Notes: a model not told the origin generated them from the sequence alone. A stretch of DNA of 64,000 nucleotides from an uncultured Gammaproteobacteria bacterium (GCA_964635045.1 CAZWMJ010000002.1:7688-71687), one strand, 5' to 3'; positions 7,157 through 19,284 are shown, numbered from the stretch's first letter. Numbers and translations: made by a program.

Positions 7157-8014
7157 ATGATTGATACCCATTGCCACTTAAATTTTAATGCCTTCAAAGA
7201 CGACTATGACGAGGTGATTAAAAGAGCCTTTGAGGCGGGGGTAACCAAAATTATCAATGTTGGCACCAAGATTGATTCCAGTCAAAAGGCAGTGGAACTG
7301 GCGGAAAAATACGAAAATTTACATGCCATTGTCGGTATTCATCCTCATCACGCGGACAAACCGGACCCTTCGACAAGTCTTCGACTCCGAGGTCGCTCAG
7401 ACTCGAGGAGCTCAGGGCAAGACTGGATTGATGAACTGGAAGTTTTGGCAAAAAACCCAAAAGTGGTGGCTATTGGGGAAATCGGCATGGACTACTTCCG
7501 TTACAAGTCAAACGATATTGTTTCCCCCAAACTTCAGAAAGAAATTTTTATCAAACAAATTGAGCTTGCTCATAGGTTAAAATTACCTCTGCAAATTCAC
7601 AACCGCCATGCCGGCAAAGATATTCTGGAAATTTTGGCGCATCATAAATCATCTCTTTTAAACCCTCCCGGCATGTTTCATTGCATGTCGGGAAGCTTAG
7701 ATTTTTTAAAAAAAGTGCTGGATCTGGGATTTTATATCGGATTTGACGGCAATATTACTTATGAGGGTTTGGCTCCGGGCGAGGATACTTCTCTTGAAGA
7801 TTTAGTCAAAGCTTCTCCTATTAATCGAATAGTGGTTGAAACCGATAGTCCATTTTTGACGCCACAGCCTCACAGAGGTAGCAGAAACATGCCCGAATAT
7901 GCTATACTTGTAGGAAGGAAAATTGCCGAAATAAAAAATATCTCTTTTGAAAAAATGGAAGAAAAGACAATCCAAAATACCAACGACATTTTTAAAATAA
8001 ACGTTAATCTATGA
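7157..8014 (+). CDS. TatD-family metal-dependent hydrolase/DNase
   Basis: 285 aa. MIDTHCHLNF, GIHPHHA, AIGEIGMDY and ETDSPFL motifs. Carries a ~20-aa GC-rich insertion (see repeat 7365-7423). Confidence 0.9.
   Translation: MIDTHCHLNFNAFKDDYDEVIKRAFEAGVTKIINVGTKIDSSQKAVELAEKYENLHAIVGIHPHHADKPDPSTSLRLRGRSDSRSSGQDWIDELEVLAKNPKVVAIGEIGMDYFRYKSNDIVSPKLQKEIFIKQIELAHRLKLPLQIHNRHAGKDILEILAHHKSSLLNPPGMFHCMSGSLDFLKKVLDLGFYIGFDGNITYEGLAPGEDTSLEDLVKASPINRIVVETDSPFLTPQPHRGSRNMPEYAILVGRKIAEIKNISFEKMEEKTIQNTNDIFKINVNL
7365..7423 (+). repeat. GC-rich CCTTCGACAAG...CTCAGGGCAAG element inserted in-frame in tatD
   Basis: gacCCTTCGACAAGtcttcgactccgaggtcgctcagactcgaggagCTCAGGGCAAGac encodes PSTSLRLRGRSDSRSSGQD between the GIHPHHA and GEIGMDY motifs. 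The core matches 41845-41867 in reverse complement. Confidence 0.75.
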
Positions 8015-9504
8015 CAAATTTTTTCCAAAAAGTATTTACTCGCTATCCAATCAAAACCAGACGATTTTTAGAATTGTTACCGGGATTTTTTTCCTGGACA
8101 CTTATTTTGTCTCCAATCTGGGGGACGATCTTTGTCCCCTACGTAATTGCCTATTTCATAATTTTCTTCGATGTTTACTGGTTCTATAAATCTTTTTCTC
8201 TTGCTATAACGGCTTACATTGCATCAAAAAAGATCAAGGATGCTGAAAAACAAAACTGGCTCATGAAGGCTAAATCGCTTCAAAACTTTAAGAAAGTAAG
8301 TCATGTTATTATTATTCCAAATTATAAAGAAGGGATTAACAAATTACGCGCCTCTCTTGCTTCTATTGCCTCGCAAACATTTCCCAGAAAACAAATTTTT
8401 GTGGTTTTGGCAATGGAAGCAAGAGAGAACGATATAAAATCTAAAGCAAACATTATTATCAATGAATTCAAAAATACTTTTGGCAAAGTAATAGCCACCT
8501 TCCATCCTGATGTCGAGGGAGAAGTTAAAGGTAAATCATCTAATGAATCATACGCCTCAAAAGTGGCTTATAAAGAATTAATTGACAAAGGAATTATAAA
8601 TATTAATTTTGCGACAATTTCTTCTGTTGACGCAGATTCCATTTTTGATAAACAATATTTTTCTTATTTAACCTATAAATTTTTAAGCGATCCTCTTCGT
8701 TATAACAAGTTTTGGCAATCTGCCACTGTTTTTTATAATAATATCTGGAAAGTTCCCATTCCTACCAGGATTATATCTTTTTTCGGCAGCCTTTGGAGAA
8801 CCGCGGTTCTTGTTCAAAAAGATCGGCTGGTGGCAAACTCCACCTATTCCTTATCTTTTCTGATGCTTAAGGATATCGGTTTTTGGGATGTTGATGTTAT
8901 TCCTGAAGATTACAGAATATTTTTCAAAGCCTTCTATAAACTTGGAGGAAAACTATGGGTGGAACCTATATTTCTACAAACTTCGATGGATGCTCCATTG
9001 TCATCCGGTTTTATAAAAAGTTTAAATAATAAATACAATCAGGAAAGACGTTGGTCATGGGGAGTGTCTGATGATCCTTTATTTATAAAATGGTGGCTAA
9101 CAGTTCCTAATGTTCCTTTCGTCAGAAAAACTATCATGCTTTATAATGTGCTGCTTGATCACTTTCTCTGGCCTGTTAATTGGTTTATTATCACTATAGC
9201 GGCAAATATTATGCCTTTCATAAATCCCGTATTCTCTCGCACCACGCTTGGTTACAATCTGCCACGCCTGTCAGGACTAATTTTAACTTCCTGTCTTCTC
9301 GCACTAATGACAATGATTGTGGTAGATTTTAGAAATAGACATAAAAATAGTTCTTTATCGAAAGTCCATCAACTATTATTTCCTCTTGAATTTGTTCTCC
9401 TGCCAATTGTTGGTTTTTTCCTGTCCACTCTACCGGCTATTATATCTCATACGCAACTGATGCTTGGCAAAAGACTTGAATACAAAGTGACAGAAAAGCT
9501 ATGA
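8011..9504 (+). CDS. membrane-bound family-2 glycosyltransferase (processive, cellulose/chitin-synthase-like)
   Basis: 497 aa. VIIIPNYKEG, a VDADS DxD motif and QERRWSWG (Q-x-x-R-W). TM helices at both ends. ATGA overlap with tatD. Confidence 0.75.
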   Translation: MTNFFQKVFTRYPIKTRRFLELLPGFFSWTLILSPIWGTIFVPYVIAYFIIFFDVYWFYKSFSLAITAYIASKKIKDAEKQNWLMKAKSLQNFKKVSHVIIIPNYKEGINKLRASLASIASQTFPRKQIFVVLAMEARENDIKSKANIIINEFKNTFGKVIATFHPDVEGEVKGKSSNESYASKVAYKELIDKGIININFATISSVDADSIFDKQYFSYLTYKFLSDPLRYNKFWQSATVFYNNIWKVPIPTRIISFFGSLWRTAVLVQKDRLVANSTYSLSFLMLKDIGFWDVDVIPEDYRIFFKAFYKLGGKLWVEPIFLQTSMDAPLSSGFIKSLNNKYNQERRWSWGVSDDPLFIKWWLTVPNVPFVRKTIMLYNVLLDHFLWPVNWFIITIAANIMPFINPVFSRTTLGYNLPRLSGLILTSCLLALMTMIVVDFRNRHKNSSLSKVHQLLFPLEFVLLPIVGFFLSTLPAIISHTQLMLGKRLEYKVTEKL

Positions 9505-10964
9505 AGATACTTGCCCGTGTTGAAAAAACCAAAGATTTTTGGTTTCTGCTTGGTACTTCGATCATTTTCTTTTTTCTTCGTCTTCCATCTCTTTTTGAAC
9601 CATATTGGTATGGTGATGAGGGTATTTATCAGGTGCTTGGCATGGGTATTAATCAAGGAAGATTGTTATATAAAGATATCTGGGATAATAAACCGCCGCT
9701 TCTCTATATGCTGTACGCCATCTTCTCTTCCGATCAATTCACCATCCGATTAATATTTCTTATTACCGGAATTTTATCGCTAGTTGTTTTTTTTCTCCTT
9801 GCAAAAAGACTTTTTTCGCCGACAAAAAACCAACAAAAAACCATCATAGCAATCACATTATTATTTGCTCTTCTATTTGGCTTACCCATTATTGAAGGCA
9901 ACATCGCTAATTCGGAAAACATTATGCTCCTGCCAGTGCTCGGGGCCGCTTATATTTTTTTTAGAAAAACAGTGTTACCAACTAAGTTTTCTCTTTTTAT
10001 AGCCGGTTTTTTGCTAAGTATTGCTTTTCTTTTTAAGACCGTAGCAATTTTTGATTTTTCCGCTTTTTTTCTTTTTCTTGTTTTTACCTATTACCAAAAA
10101 ATGAAATATATTAAAACATTAATTTTCAAACTGATGCCTTTTTGGTCAGGATTTATTATTCCTATTTTAGCAACCGCCGCATTCTTTCTCGTAAAGGGAG
10201 TGTTTTTTGACTTTATTAAGGCCACTTTATCACAAAACGTCGGCTATGTTGACTATGGTAATCGTCTGATAATCCCACAGGGACTGCTTGTCATAAAACT
10301 TATTATACTTACTGCGGCTTGTGCTTTTCTTTTTATAAAACGAAAAACGCTTAAAAGTGAAGCTTTATTCATTCTACTCTGGTTTTTCTTCTCAATATTC
10401 AACGCCTTTTTTTCTCAAAGACCATACACACACTACCTGCTCGTACTTCTCCCCAGTTTTTGTCTTCTGTTAGGACTTATTTTCTGGGATAGGAAACATC
10501 AAAAAGTTATTTCAATAATTGCAATTATATCCTTTATTTTGGTACTTATGAACTTTACTTTTTATGGGAAAACCATTACCTATTACCAAAATTTCCTTGA
10601 ATTCATAGGCAGTAAAAAAAGCGTCGTCGACTACAGGCGTTTTTTTGACAGAAATACTCCAAAAGACTATCAATTGGCAGAATTTTTAAAAACACACACC
10701 GATGCTAAAGATAAGATATTTATCTGGGGAAATAACGCTCAAGTTTACAAACTGGTTTCTAAACTGCCTCCGGGCAGATATACAGTTGCATATCATATGA
10801 ATGCCTCAAAACAAACACTGATGGAAACGCAAAACGATCTATTTGCAGCCAAACCAAAATATATTGTAGTAAGCGATTCAAAAAATGGTATTCCTTATAT
10901 ACTAAGTGATTACAGACCGAGGATTATGATTGATAACAGTACTATTTATGAACGCATCTTTTAG
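9501..10964 (+). CDS. GT-C-fold membrane glycosyltransferase (ArnT/PMT-like)
   Basis: 487 aa, more than 10 TM helices. First-loop YWYGDEGIY acidic motif typical of GT-C enzymes. Confidence 0.6.
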   Translation: MKILARVEKTKDFWFLLGTSIIFFFLRLPSLFEPYWYGDEGIYQVLGMGINQGRLLYKDIWDNKPPLLYMLYAIFSSDQFTIRLIFLITGILSLVVFFLLAKRLFSPTKNQQKTIIAITLLFALLFGLPIIEGNIANSENIMLLPVLGAAYIFFRKTVLPTKFSLFIAGFLLSIAFLFKTVAIFDFSAFFLFLVFTYYQKMKYIKTLIFKLMPFWSGFIIPILATAAFFLVKGVFFDFIKATLSQNVGYVDYGNRLIIPQGLLVIKLIILTAACAFLFIKRKTLKSEALFILLWFFFSIFNAFFSQRPYTHYLLVLLPSFCLLLGLIFWDRKHQKVISIIAIISFILVLMNFTFYGKTITYYQNFLEFIGSKKSVVDYRRFFDRNTPKDYQLAEFLKTHTDAKDKIFIWGNNAQVYKLVSKLPPGRYTVAYHMNASKQTLMETQNDLFAAKPKYIVVSDSKNGIPYILSDYRPRIMIDNSTIYERIF

Positions 10965-11310
10965 AGATTATAGAACTCTTTTTACTGATAGGATTACTAC
11001 TCTAAGCTTTTTTGCAACAGTTATTTTTATTCTTATCACTTTATTTTTTATTCTTATGACACTTACTAAACTTCCCCCTTTTGTTCCTATTTTTAATCAG
11101 CTTCCTTGGGGAGAAGATAGAATTGGCACAAAAATACAAATATTTCTGCCCATGGTAATAACAGCGATAATTTTTATCATCAATTTTGTCTTGGCTAGTC
11201 TTATCTACAAAAAAATGCCGCTTCCGGCTCGCATACTTTGTATTACCAGTCTTTTGACCTCTTTTTTCGTACTTATTTTTTCTATTCGAACAATCTTACT
11301 TATTATTTAA
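10948..11310 (+). CDS. small membrane protein, unknown function
   Basis: About 120 aa with 3 TM helices. The track start at 10930 is TTG; ATG 10948 (MNASFRD) is preferred. Confidence 0.45.
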   Translation: MNASFRDYRTLFTDRITTLSFFATVIFILITLFFILMTLTKLPPFVPIFNQLPWGEDRIGTKIQIFLPMVITAIIFIINFVLASLIYKKMPLPARILCITSLLTSFFVLIFSIRTILLII

Positions 11311-11321
11311 TAGGAGTAAAA

Positions 11322-12383
11322 ATGTTTTTTCCTTTTATATTAGCCATTATTGCAACAATTATTGCCACCCCTCTTTCTCTTATTTTTATCAAAAAATATA
11401 AGTTGCTTGATGATCCAAAAAGTCATAAACATCCGGCGGTTATTCACAAAAAACCCATTCCCAGAGGCGGCGGGATACCGCTTTTTATTGGCATAGTTAT
11501 TTCCGGACTATTTTTTCTGCCAATAACAAAAATTACCATAGCGCTTTTTACGGCCTCGTTTATTGCCCTTGTTATTGGGATTTTAGACGACAAATTTGAT
11601 TTATCTCCGTATTTAAGATTTGCTGCCAATTTTGTTGTGGCAATGATAGTGGTTGGAAGTGGAATAGGAGTACCTTTTATAACCAGTCCGCTTGGCGGCA
11701 TATTGCATTTAGATACTTTTAGAATATCTTTCACTTTTTTGGGACAACATTCGCTATTAATATTTTCCGACCTTGTTGCTCTTATCTGGATTGTTTGGGT
11801 GATGAATATGCTTAATTGGAGTAAAGGAGTTGATGGTCAAATGCCGGGAATTGTGGCCATTTCCGCTCTGGTTATCGGCATGTTAAGTCTTCGTTTTTCA
11901 GTAAATGATACCAATGCCATGATAGCTGCCACACTATCGTTTATTATCGCAGGCAGCGCCATTGGTTTTCTACCATTTAATTTTTACCCGGCCAAGATTT
12001 TCCCGGGTTATGGAGCAACTTCCATATATCTTTTATTAAGTGCTGTATCTATTCTCTCCGGTGCAAAACTGGCAACGGCCATCCTGGTGATGGGAGTACC
12101 AATGATAGATGGCATATTCACTATTCTTAGAAGAATTCTTGAAGGGCGTTCCCCTTTTTGGCATGATAAAAAACATCTTCATCATCTTCTTTTACGCCTT
12201 GGTTTTGGACAAAGACGCATTGCATTGTTTTATTGGAGTATTTCTGCTATATTGGGAGCGGTTTCTCTAACGCTAACAAGCAGAGAAAAACTTTTTGCTA
12301 TTATTATGCTTATCGCAATTGCGGGGGGAGGATTGCTTTTTCTCCACTTTGCCTTAAGAAGTAATGAAAAAAATTCTGTTTAA
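11322..12383 (+). CDS. polyprenyl-phosphate N-acetylhexosamine-1-phosphate transferase (MraY/WecA family, GT4)
   Basis: Start at ATG 11322 (MFFPFILAI...), preceded by TAGGAG. GILDDKFDLSPYLRF and NMLNWSKGVDGQ motifs. The track's N-terminal extension (11238) overlaps the previous gene. Confidence 0.8.
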   Translation: MFFPFILAIIATIIATPLSLIFIKKYKLLDDPKSHKHPAVIHKKPIPRGGGIPLFIGIVISGLFFLPITKITIALFTASFIALVIGILDDKFDLSPYLRFAANFVVAMIVVGSGIGVPFITSPLGGILHLDTFRISFTFLGQHSLLIFSDLVALIWIVWVMNMLNWSKGVDGQMPGIVAISALVIGMLSLRFSVNDTNAMIAATLSFIIAGSAIGFLPFNFYPAKIFPGYGATSIYLLLSAVSILSGAKLATAILVMGVPMIDGIFTILRRILEGRSPFWHDKKHLHHLLLRLGFGQRRIALFYWSISAILGAVSLTLTSREKLFAIIMLIAIAGGGLLFLHFALRSNEKNSV

Positions 12384-13308
12384 TACGCTGAGGCTTTTGC
12401 GACCGAGGCAATGGATTAAAAACTTTGCCCTTTTTGCCGCCGTTGTATTTGCAGGAGAACTTTTTAATACACAAACGCTGTCTAAAGTCTTGCTGGGATT
12501 TATCATCTTTTGTTTATTATCCTCTTCTATCTATATCGTAAATGACATATTTGATTTAAAAAAAGATCGATTGCATCCGTTTAAAAAATTTAGGCCTCTT
12601 GCCCACCAAGATCTCCCTATTAATTTCGCCATTCTAGTTGCTTTTTGTTTAACAATTACTTCCCTTTGGCTAGCTTTTTTTGTAACTCCCGCCTTTTTTA
12701 TTTTAATAATTGCCTATCTAATATTACAATTCTCTTATTCAATAATGTTAAAACACATAGCTATTATTGATATTTTGGCCATCGCTGCCGGATACATCCT
12801 CAGAGTTTATGCGGGAGAATTTGCTTCCGGTTTCCATATTTCCGTTTGGCTGTTATTATCAACAATCGCCATCTCGCTTTTCCTGGCTGTTGGAAAAAGG
12901 CGATCTGAGATAACCTTAATTTCTCAATACTCGGATACGCAGAAAGCGGCAATTAGAAAATCTCTTTCTCATTATTCAGAAAGACTGCTGGACGTTTACG
13001 CCTCGATTTTTGCCACTTCCACCTTTATTTCCTACACTCTTTTCACTTTTTTGGAAAATCCTGTCGGTTCCAGATTCTCACTGGGAATATTTATGCCTGA
13101 TTTTTTACCGTCGTTTCTTCAAAGAAAATGGCTGATGATTACCATAATTCCGGTTGTTTATGGACTGATGCGGTATCTACAGGATATCTATGAAAAACAT
13201 GAGGGAGAAAGTCCTGAAAAAGTACTTTTTTCCGACATCCCCTTACTTTCCACCGTTGTTATCTGGATCATACTCGTTATTGTAATAATTTACGGTATCG
13301 GAGTTTAA
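12364..13308 (+). CDS. UbiA-family prenyltransferase, decaprenyl-phosphate phosphoribosyltransferase-like
   Basis: 314 aa. LRPRQWIKNFALFAAVVFAG and NDIFDLKKDRLHPFKKFRPLA closely follow the Rv3806c-type signature (RPRQWVKN, ND..D...D..HP.K..RP.A). Confidence 0.75.
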   Translation: MKKILFNTLRLLRPRQWIKNFALFAAVVFAGELFNTQTLSKVLLGFIIFCLLSSSIYIVNDIFDLKKDRLHPFKKFRPLAHQDLPINFAILVAFCLTITSLWLAFFVTPAFFILIIAYLILQFSYSIMLKHIAIIDILAIAAGYILRVYAGEFASGFHISVWLLLSTIAISLFLAVGKRRSEITLISQYSDTQKAAIRKSLSHYSERLLDVYASIFATSTFISYTLFTFLENPVGSRFSLGIFMPDFLPSFLQRKWLMITIIPVVYGLMRYLQDIYEKHEGESPEKVLFSDIPLLSTVVIWIILVIVIIYGIGV

Positions 13309-13311
13309 ATA

Positions 13312-14154
13312 TTATTCTTTTTTGGCGTATTGTGCACTGACCCAACCGGTTTTACCATTGACAAGCTTTATCTCAAACCAACCATTCTGCTCATCAATAA
13401 AATCAAATATTTCACCTGTAAAAACTTGATCTATTATTTTTCCGCTTAACGATGGGCTTTCGCGAACATTCAGATGATTATCCGTGGTTGGTGTTTGCAA
13501 GATTGTTACTTTAATCACTGCGGGCGTTGCCGAAGGAGACGCTATTGGGATAACTGGAACATTCGATGTGTTGTTCAAAGATTCGCTTACTCCAAGAAAA
13601 ACCAAAGCCTCAAGTTTATATCCTGCCGTTATTCTAATTCTAATAGTTTTTTGTTTATAGCCTTTTTTTTCCAAAGTAAGTATATGCTCTGAATCTGTAA
13701 TATTCTTAAGAAGAATTGGCGTCTTGCCTTTGGTGTTGCTATCCAGTAGCACTTCTGCTTCTTGCGGAAAAGAAAGTGTTAATAGCTCAAGCGACTTTTT
13801 ATCTAAGAGCGGTGTAAGGGTTATGATACTTCCTTCCCCCTCAGATCCTTTGCCAAATGTCCTATCAACAACCGTTAGAACAGACTTGGTAATTTTTATT
13901 TTTTGCTCAAAAGGAGAAAAATCGCCTTCCTGTGGAACAAGACGAATCGTATATTCTCCTGTTTTGAGCATATCAGCCGCTTCATATTTACCAAGCGGGG
14001 TTTCTCCCAATAATTTTCCATTTAAAAAAACTTTACTTTTGGGAACCGAGGTAATTTGCAGAGCTCCCTTTCCCCTGTCCGTGAAAAATGTAAAAAAGAC
14101 AAAAAGCAAGATCGCCAAAAGAAGCGGAAGAAAAAACAATAATACTTTTTTCAT
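13312..14154 (-). CDS. membrane-anchored PEGA-domain / bacterial SH3-domain protein
   Basis: 280 aa with an N-terminal TM helix. Two PEGA-like repeats (VFLNGKLLGETPL; VLLDSNTKGKTPI). C-terminal SH3b-like LNVRESPSLSGKIIDQVFTGEIFDFIDEQNGWFEIKL. Confidence 0.6.
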   Translation of the reverse strand: MKKVLLFFLPLLLAILLFVFFTFFTDRGKGALQITSVPKSKVFLNGKLLGETPLGKYEAADMLKTGEYTIRLVPQEGDFSPFEQKIKITKSVLTVVDRTFGKGSEGEGSIITLTPLLDKKSLELLTLSFPQEAEVLLDSNTKGKTPILLKNITDSEHILTLEKKGYKQKTIRIRITAGYKLEALVFLGVSESLNNTSNVPVIPIASPSATPAVIKVTILQTPTTDNHLNVRESPSLSGKIIDQVFTGEIFDFIDEQNGWFEIKLVNGKTGWVSAQYAKKE

Positions 14155-14257
14155 AGTAAAACATACTATACCACAGCATCCGCGCGTTTTCCAACGCCTG
14201 CCACCTTAAGAATTAGTTATTGACTTTTCCATTATAAAATATAAAATTGTTTTTGGC

Positions 14258-16147
14258 ATGGAAGATACTTCACTCATTATTGATTTTGACAGCACTTTTG
14301 TCACTGTTGAGGCTCTGGATGAGTTAGCCCGGATCGCCCTAAAAAATAATCCCCAAAAAAAATTAACACTTAAAAAGATTGCCAAAATTACCAGACTTGG
14401 CATGGAAGGAAAAATTCCTTTTTCCCAATCACTCTTCCAACGACTTGCTCTTTTTAAGACCAATAAACATCATGTCAAAAAACTGGTCTCGCTGCTTCAA
14501 AAAAACATCACTCCTTCTGTTAAGCGCAATAAAATGTTTATCAAGAAACATGCCAAGCAAGTTTATATTATTTCCGGAGGGTTTGCGGAATATATTTTAC
14601 CCATTGTTAAGACTTTTGGCATCCCCTCTTCCCATATACTTGCCAACAGCTTTATTTTTGATAAAAAGGGGAGTGTTACCGGCTACGACACAACCAATCC
14701 ATTAAGTAAAACAAACGGCAAAGCAAAAGCGGTTGCCAAATTAAAATTAAAAGGAAAAATCATTGTTGTGGGAGATGGCTATACGGATTATCAAATAGTG
14801 AAAACCGGATTTGCAAACAAATTTTTCGCCTTTACCGAGAACGTAAAACGAGCTTCTGTAATCAAAAACGCCGACATGACTTTAGAAAATTTTGATCAAC
14901 TCATAAGCCTTATGGAAGGCAAAAAACAGCTTTCATACCCTAAGGAAAAAATTAAAGTGCTGCTCTTGGAAAACATCCATCAGACGGCTTCGGACATCTT
15001 TACTGAAGAAGGATATCAAGTGACTACACTCCCGCGATCACTATCAGAAAAAGAATTAAAAACGGCAGTGGAAAATATTACTGTTCTTGGTATTCGCTCA
15101 CGAACAGAAATAACAGCAGATGTTCTATCTCACGCTAAGCATCTATTAGCAATTGGCACCTTCGCCATTGGTACCAATCAAGTTGACCTTAGCGCTTGCG
15201 CAAACAAAGGCACTGTTGTTTTTAACGCGCCCTACAGCAATACCCGCTCGGTAGTGGAACTTGCCATGGGAGAAATCATTATGCTTAAGCGCAAAATATT
15301 TGATAAGAGTCAAAAAATGCATCAAGGGATTTGGGACAAAAGTAGCGCCGGCGCTCATGAAATACGCGGAAAAAATCTCGGTATTATCGGCTACGGCAAC
15401 ATCGGATCGCAACTTTCTGTAATGGCAGAAGCCTTGGGAATGAACGTCTATTTCTATGATATTGCAGAAAGACTAACATTGGGAAATGCCAAAAAATGCA
15501 AAAGCTTAAACGAACTTCTAAAAATTGCCGATGTTGTGACATTACATGTAGATGGCAGAAAAACCAACAAACATTTAATAGGTAAAAACGAATTTTCCAA
15601 CATGAAAGACGGCGCGCTTTTTCTTAATCTAAGTCGCGGCTTCATTGTAGACATGGAAGCGCTCTCTCTTGCGCTGAAGAGCGGAAAATTGGCAGGATCT
15701 GCAGTCGATGTCTATCCTGAGGAACCAAAAAGCAATACCGATCCATTTATTTCCTCGCTTCAAAAATTGCCAAACGTTATCCTCACCCCTCATATTGGCG
15801 GCAGTACAGAAGAAGCACAACACAACATCGGTGAATTTGTGACAAATAGTATTATTCGCTTCATCAATACCGGATCTACCGAGCTGAGCGTAAATTTTCC
15901 CAACCTCTCTCTGCCAGACCAGCTAAATGCCCACCGGCTGATCCATATCCACAAAAATACTCCCGGCATTCTTGCCAATATCAACAAAATTCTTGCCAAG
16001 AATACAATCAATATCCTCGGACAATACCTGAAAACTAACGAAGAAGTGGGTTACGTGATAACCGATGTTGATATTAATTACAGCAAAAAAGCCATCGAAG
16101 ATCTTAAAAAAATTCCGCAAACAATACGGATGCGCGTACTTTATTAA
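14258..16147 (+). CDS. bifunctional phosphoserine phosphatase (HAD, SerB-like) / D-3-phosphoglycerate dehydrogenase (SerA) with ACT domain
   Basis: 629 aa. N-terminal IIDFDSTFVTVEALDELA, SGGF and GDGYTD are HAD motifs. From ~residue 230 the dehydrogenase part shows GIIGYGNIGSQ (NAD site) and PHIGGSTEEAQ, followed by a C-terminal ACT-like tail. Confidence 0.8.
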   Translation: MEDTSLIIDFDSTFVTVEALDELARIALKNNPQKKLTLKKIAKITRLGMEGKIPFSQSLFQRLALFKTNKHHVKKLVSLLQKNITPSVKRNKMFIKKHAKQVYIISGGFAEYILPIVKTFGIPSSHILANSFIFDKKGSVTGYDTTNPLSKTNGKAKAVAKLKLKGKIIVVGDGYTDYQIVKTGFANKFFAFTENVKRASVIKNADMTLENFDQLISLMEGKKQLSYPKEKIKVLLLENIHQTASDIFTEEGYQVTTLPRSLSEKELKTAVENITVLGIRSRTEITADVLSHAKHLLAIGTFAIGTNQVDLSACANKGTVVFNAPYSNTRSVVELAMGEIIMLKRKIFDKSQKMHQGIWDKSSAGAHEIRGKNLGIIGYGNIGSQLSVMAEALGMNVYFYDIAERLTLGNAKKCKSLNELLKIADVVTLHVDGRKTNKHLIGKNEFSNMKDGALFLNLSRGFIVDMEALSLALKSGKLAGSAVDVYPEEPKSNTDPFISSLQKLPNVILTPHIGGSTEEAQHNIGEFVTNSIIRFINTGSTELSVNFPNLSLPDQLNAHRLIHIHKNTPGILANINKILAKNTINILGQYLKTNEEVGYVITDVDINYSKKAIEDLKKIPQTIRMRVLY

Positions 16148-16159
16148 AACAAAAAAAGC

Positions 16160-18862
<2,703 letters not shown>

Positions 18863-18915
18863 TTAAAATATTTCAGCGATAAATCGAAAAAGACTTATCA
18901 CTTACTCCTATATTC

Positions 18916-19215
18916 TTATACTACTACTGCCAGGATATCTTTTTGTTCAACTATTACCCATTCAGCTCCCTCAACTTTAACCTCATTTCCGCCCCATTTT
19001 TTGTACATCACTTTTTGTCCAACCTTAACTGCCATTGGGATAAGTTTACCTTCATCATTTCTTGCTCCTTCTCCAACAGCCATAATTTTCCCTATCTGCG
19101 GTTTTTCTTTTGCGCTATCCGGTAGCACAATACCGCTGGCTGTTTTTTCTTCTGCCTCAAGAGGCTTAATTAAAACACTATCAAAAAGCGGTTGAATTTT
19201 TTTACTTCCTGCCAT
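18916..19215 (-). CDS. groS: co-chaperonin GroES
   Basis: 99 aa, sitting upstream of groEL. Sequence KIQPLFDSVLIKPLEAEEKTASGIVLPDSAKEKPQIGKIMAVG. Confidence 0.95.
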   Translation of the reverse strand: MAGSKKIQPLFDSVLIKPLEAEEKTASGIVLPDSAKEKPQIGKIMAVGEGARNDEGKLIPMAVKVGQKVMYKKWGGNEVKVEGAEWVIVEQKDILAVVV

Positions 19216-19228
19216 AATTATCTAAAAA

Positions 19229-19255
19229 ATATCACTCTGTGCAAGTGATTGCTAA
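19229..19255 (-). promoter_or_regulatory. CIRCE-like inverted repeat (HrcA operator candidate)
   Basis: Minus strand TTAGCAATC-ACTTGCACA-GAGTGATAT against consensus TTAGCACTC-N9-GAGTGCTAA (15/18 half-site matches). It abuts the -10 box. Confidence 0.5.
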
Positions 19256-19284
19256 TTTATACACCAAGCTGTTTCTCTTGTCAA
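19256..19284 (-). promoter_or_regulatory. groES-groEL promoter
   Basis: Minus strand TTGACA (19284-19279), 17 nt, TATAAA (19261-19256). Confidence 0.6.

Noticed and set aside
11238-11321. N-terminal 28-codon extension of the WecA/MraY-family ORF
   Set aside because: It overlaps the preceding membrane-protein gene. The family-typical N-terminus starts at ATG 11322, which has a TAGGAG SD.
13724-14209. 161-aa plus-strand ORF
   Set aside because: It lies entirely antisense to the PEGA/SH3 gene, which has recognisable domains. It would also collide with the serB/serA promoter region.
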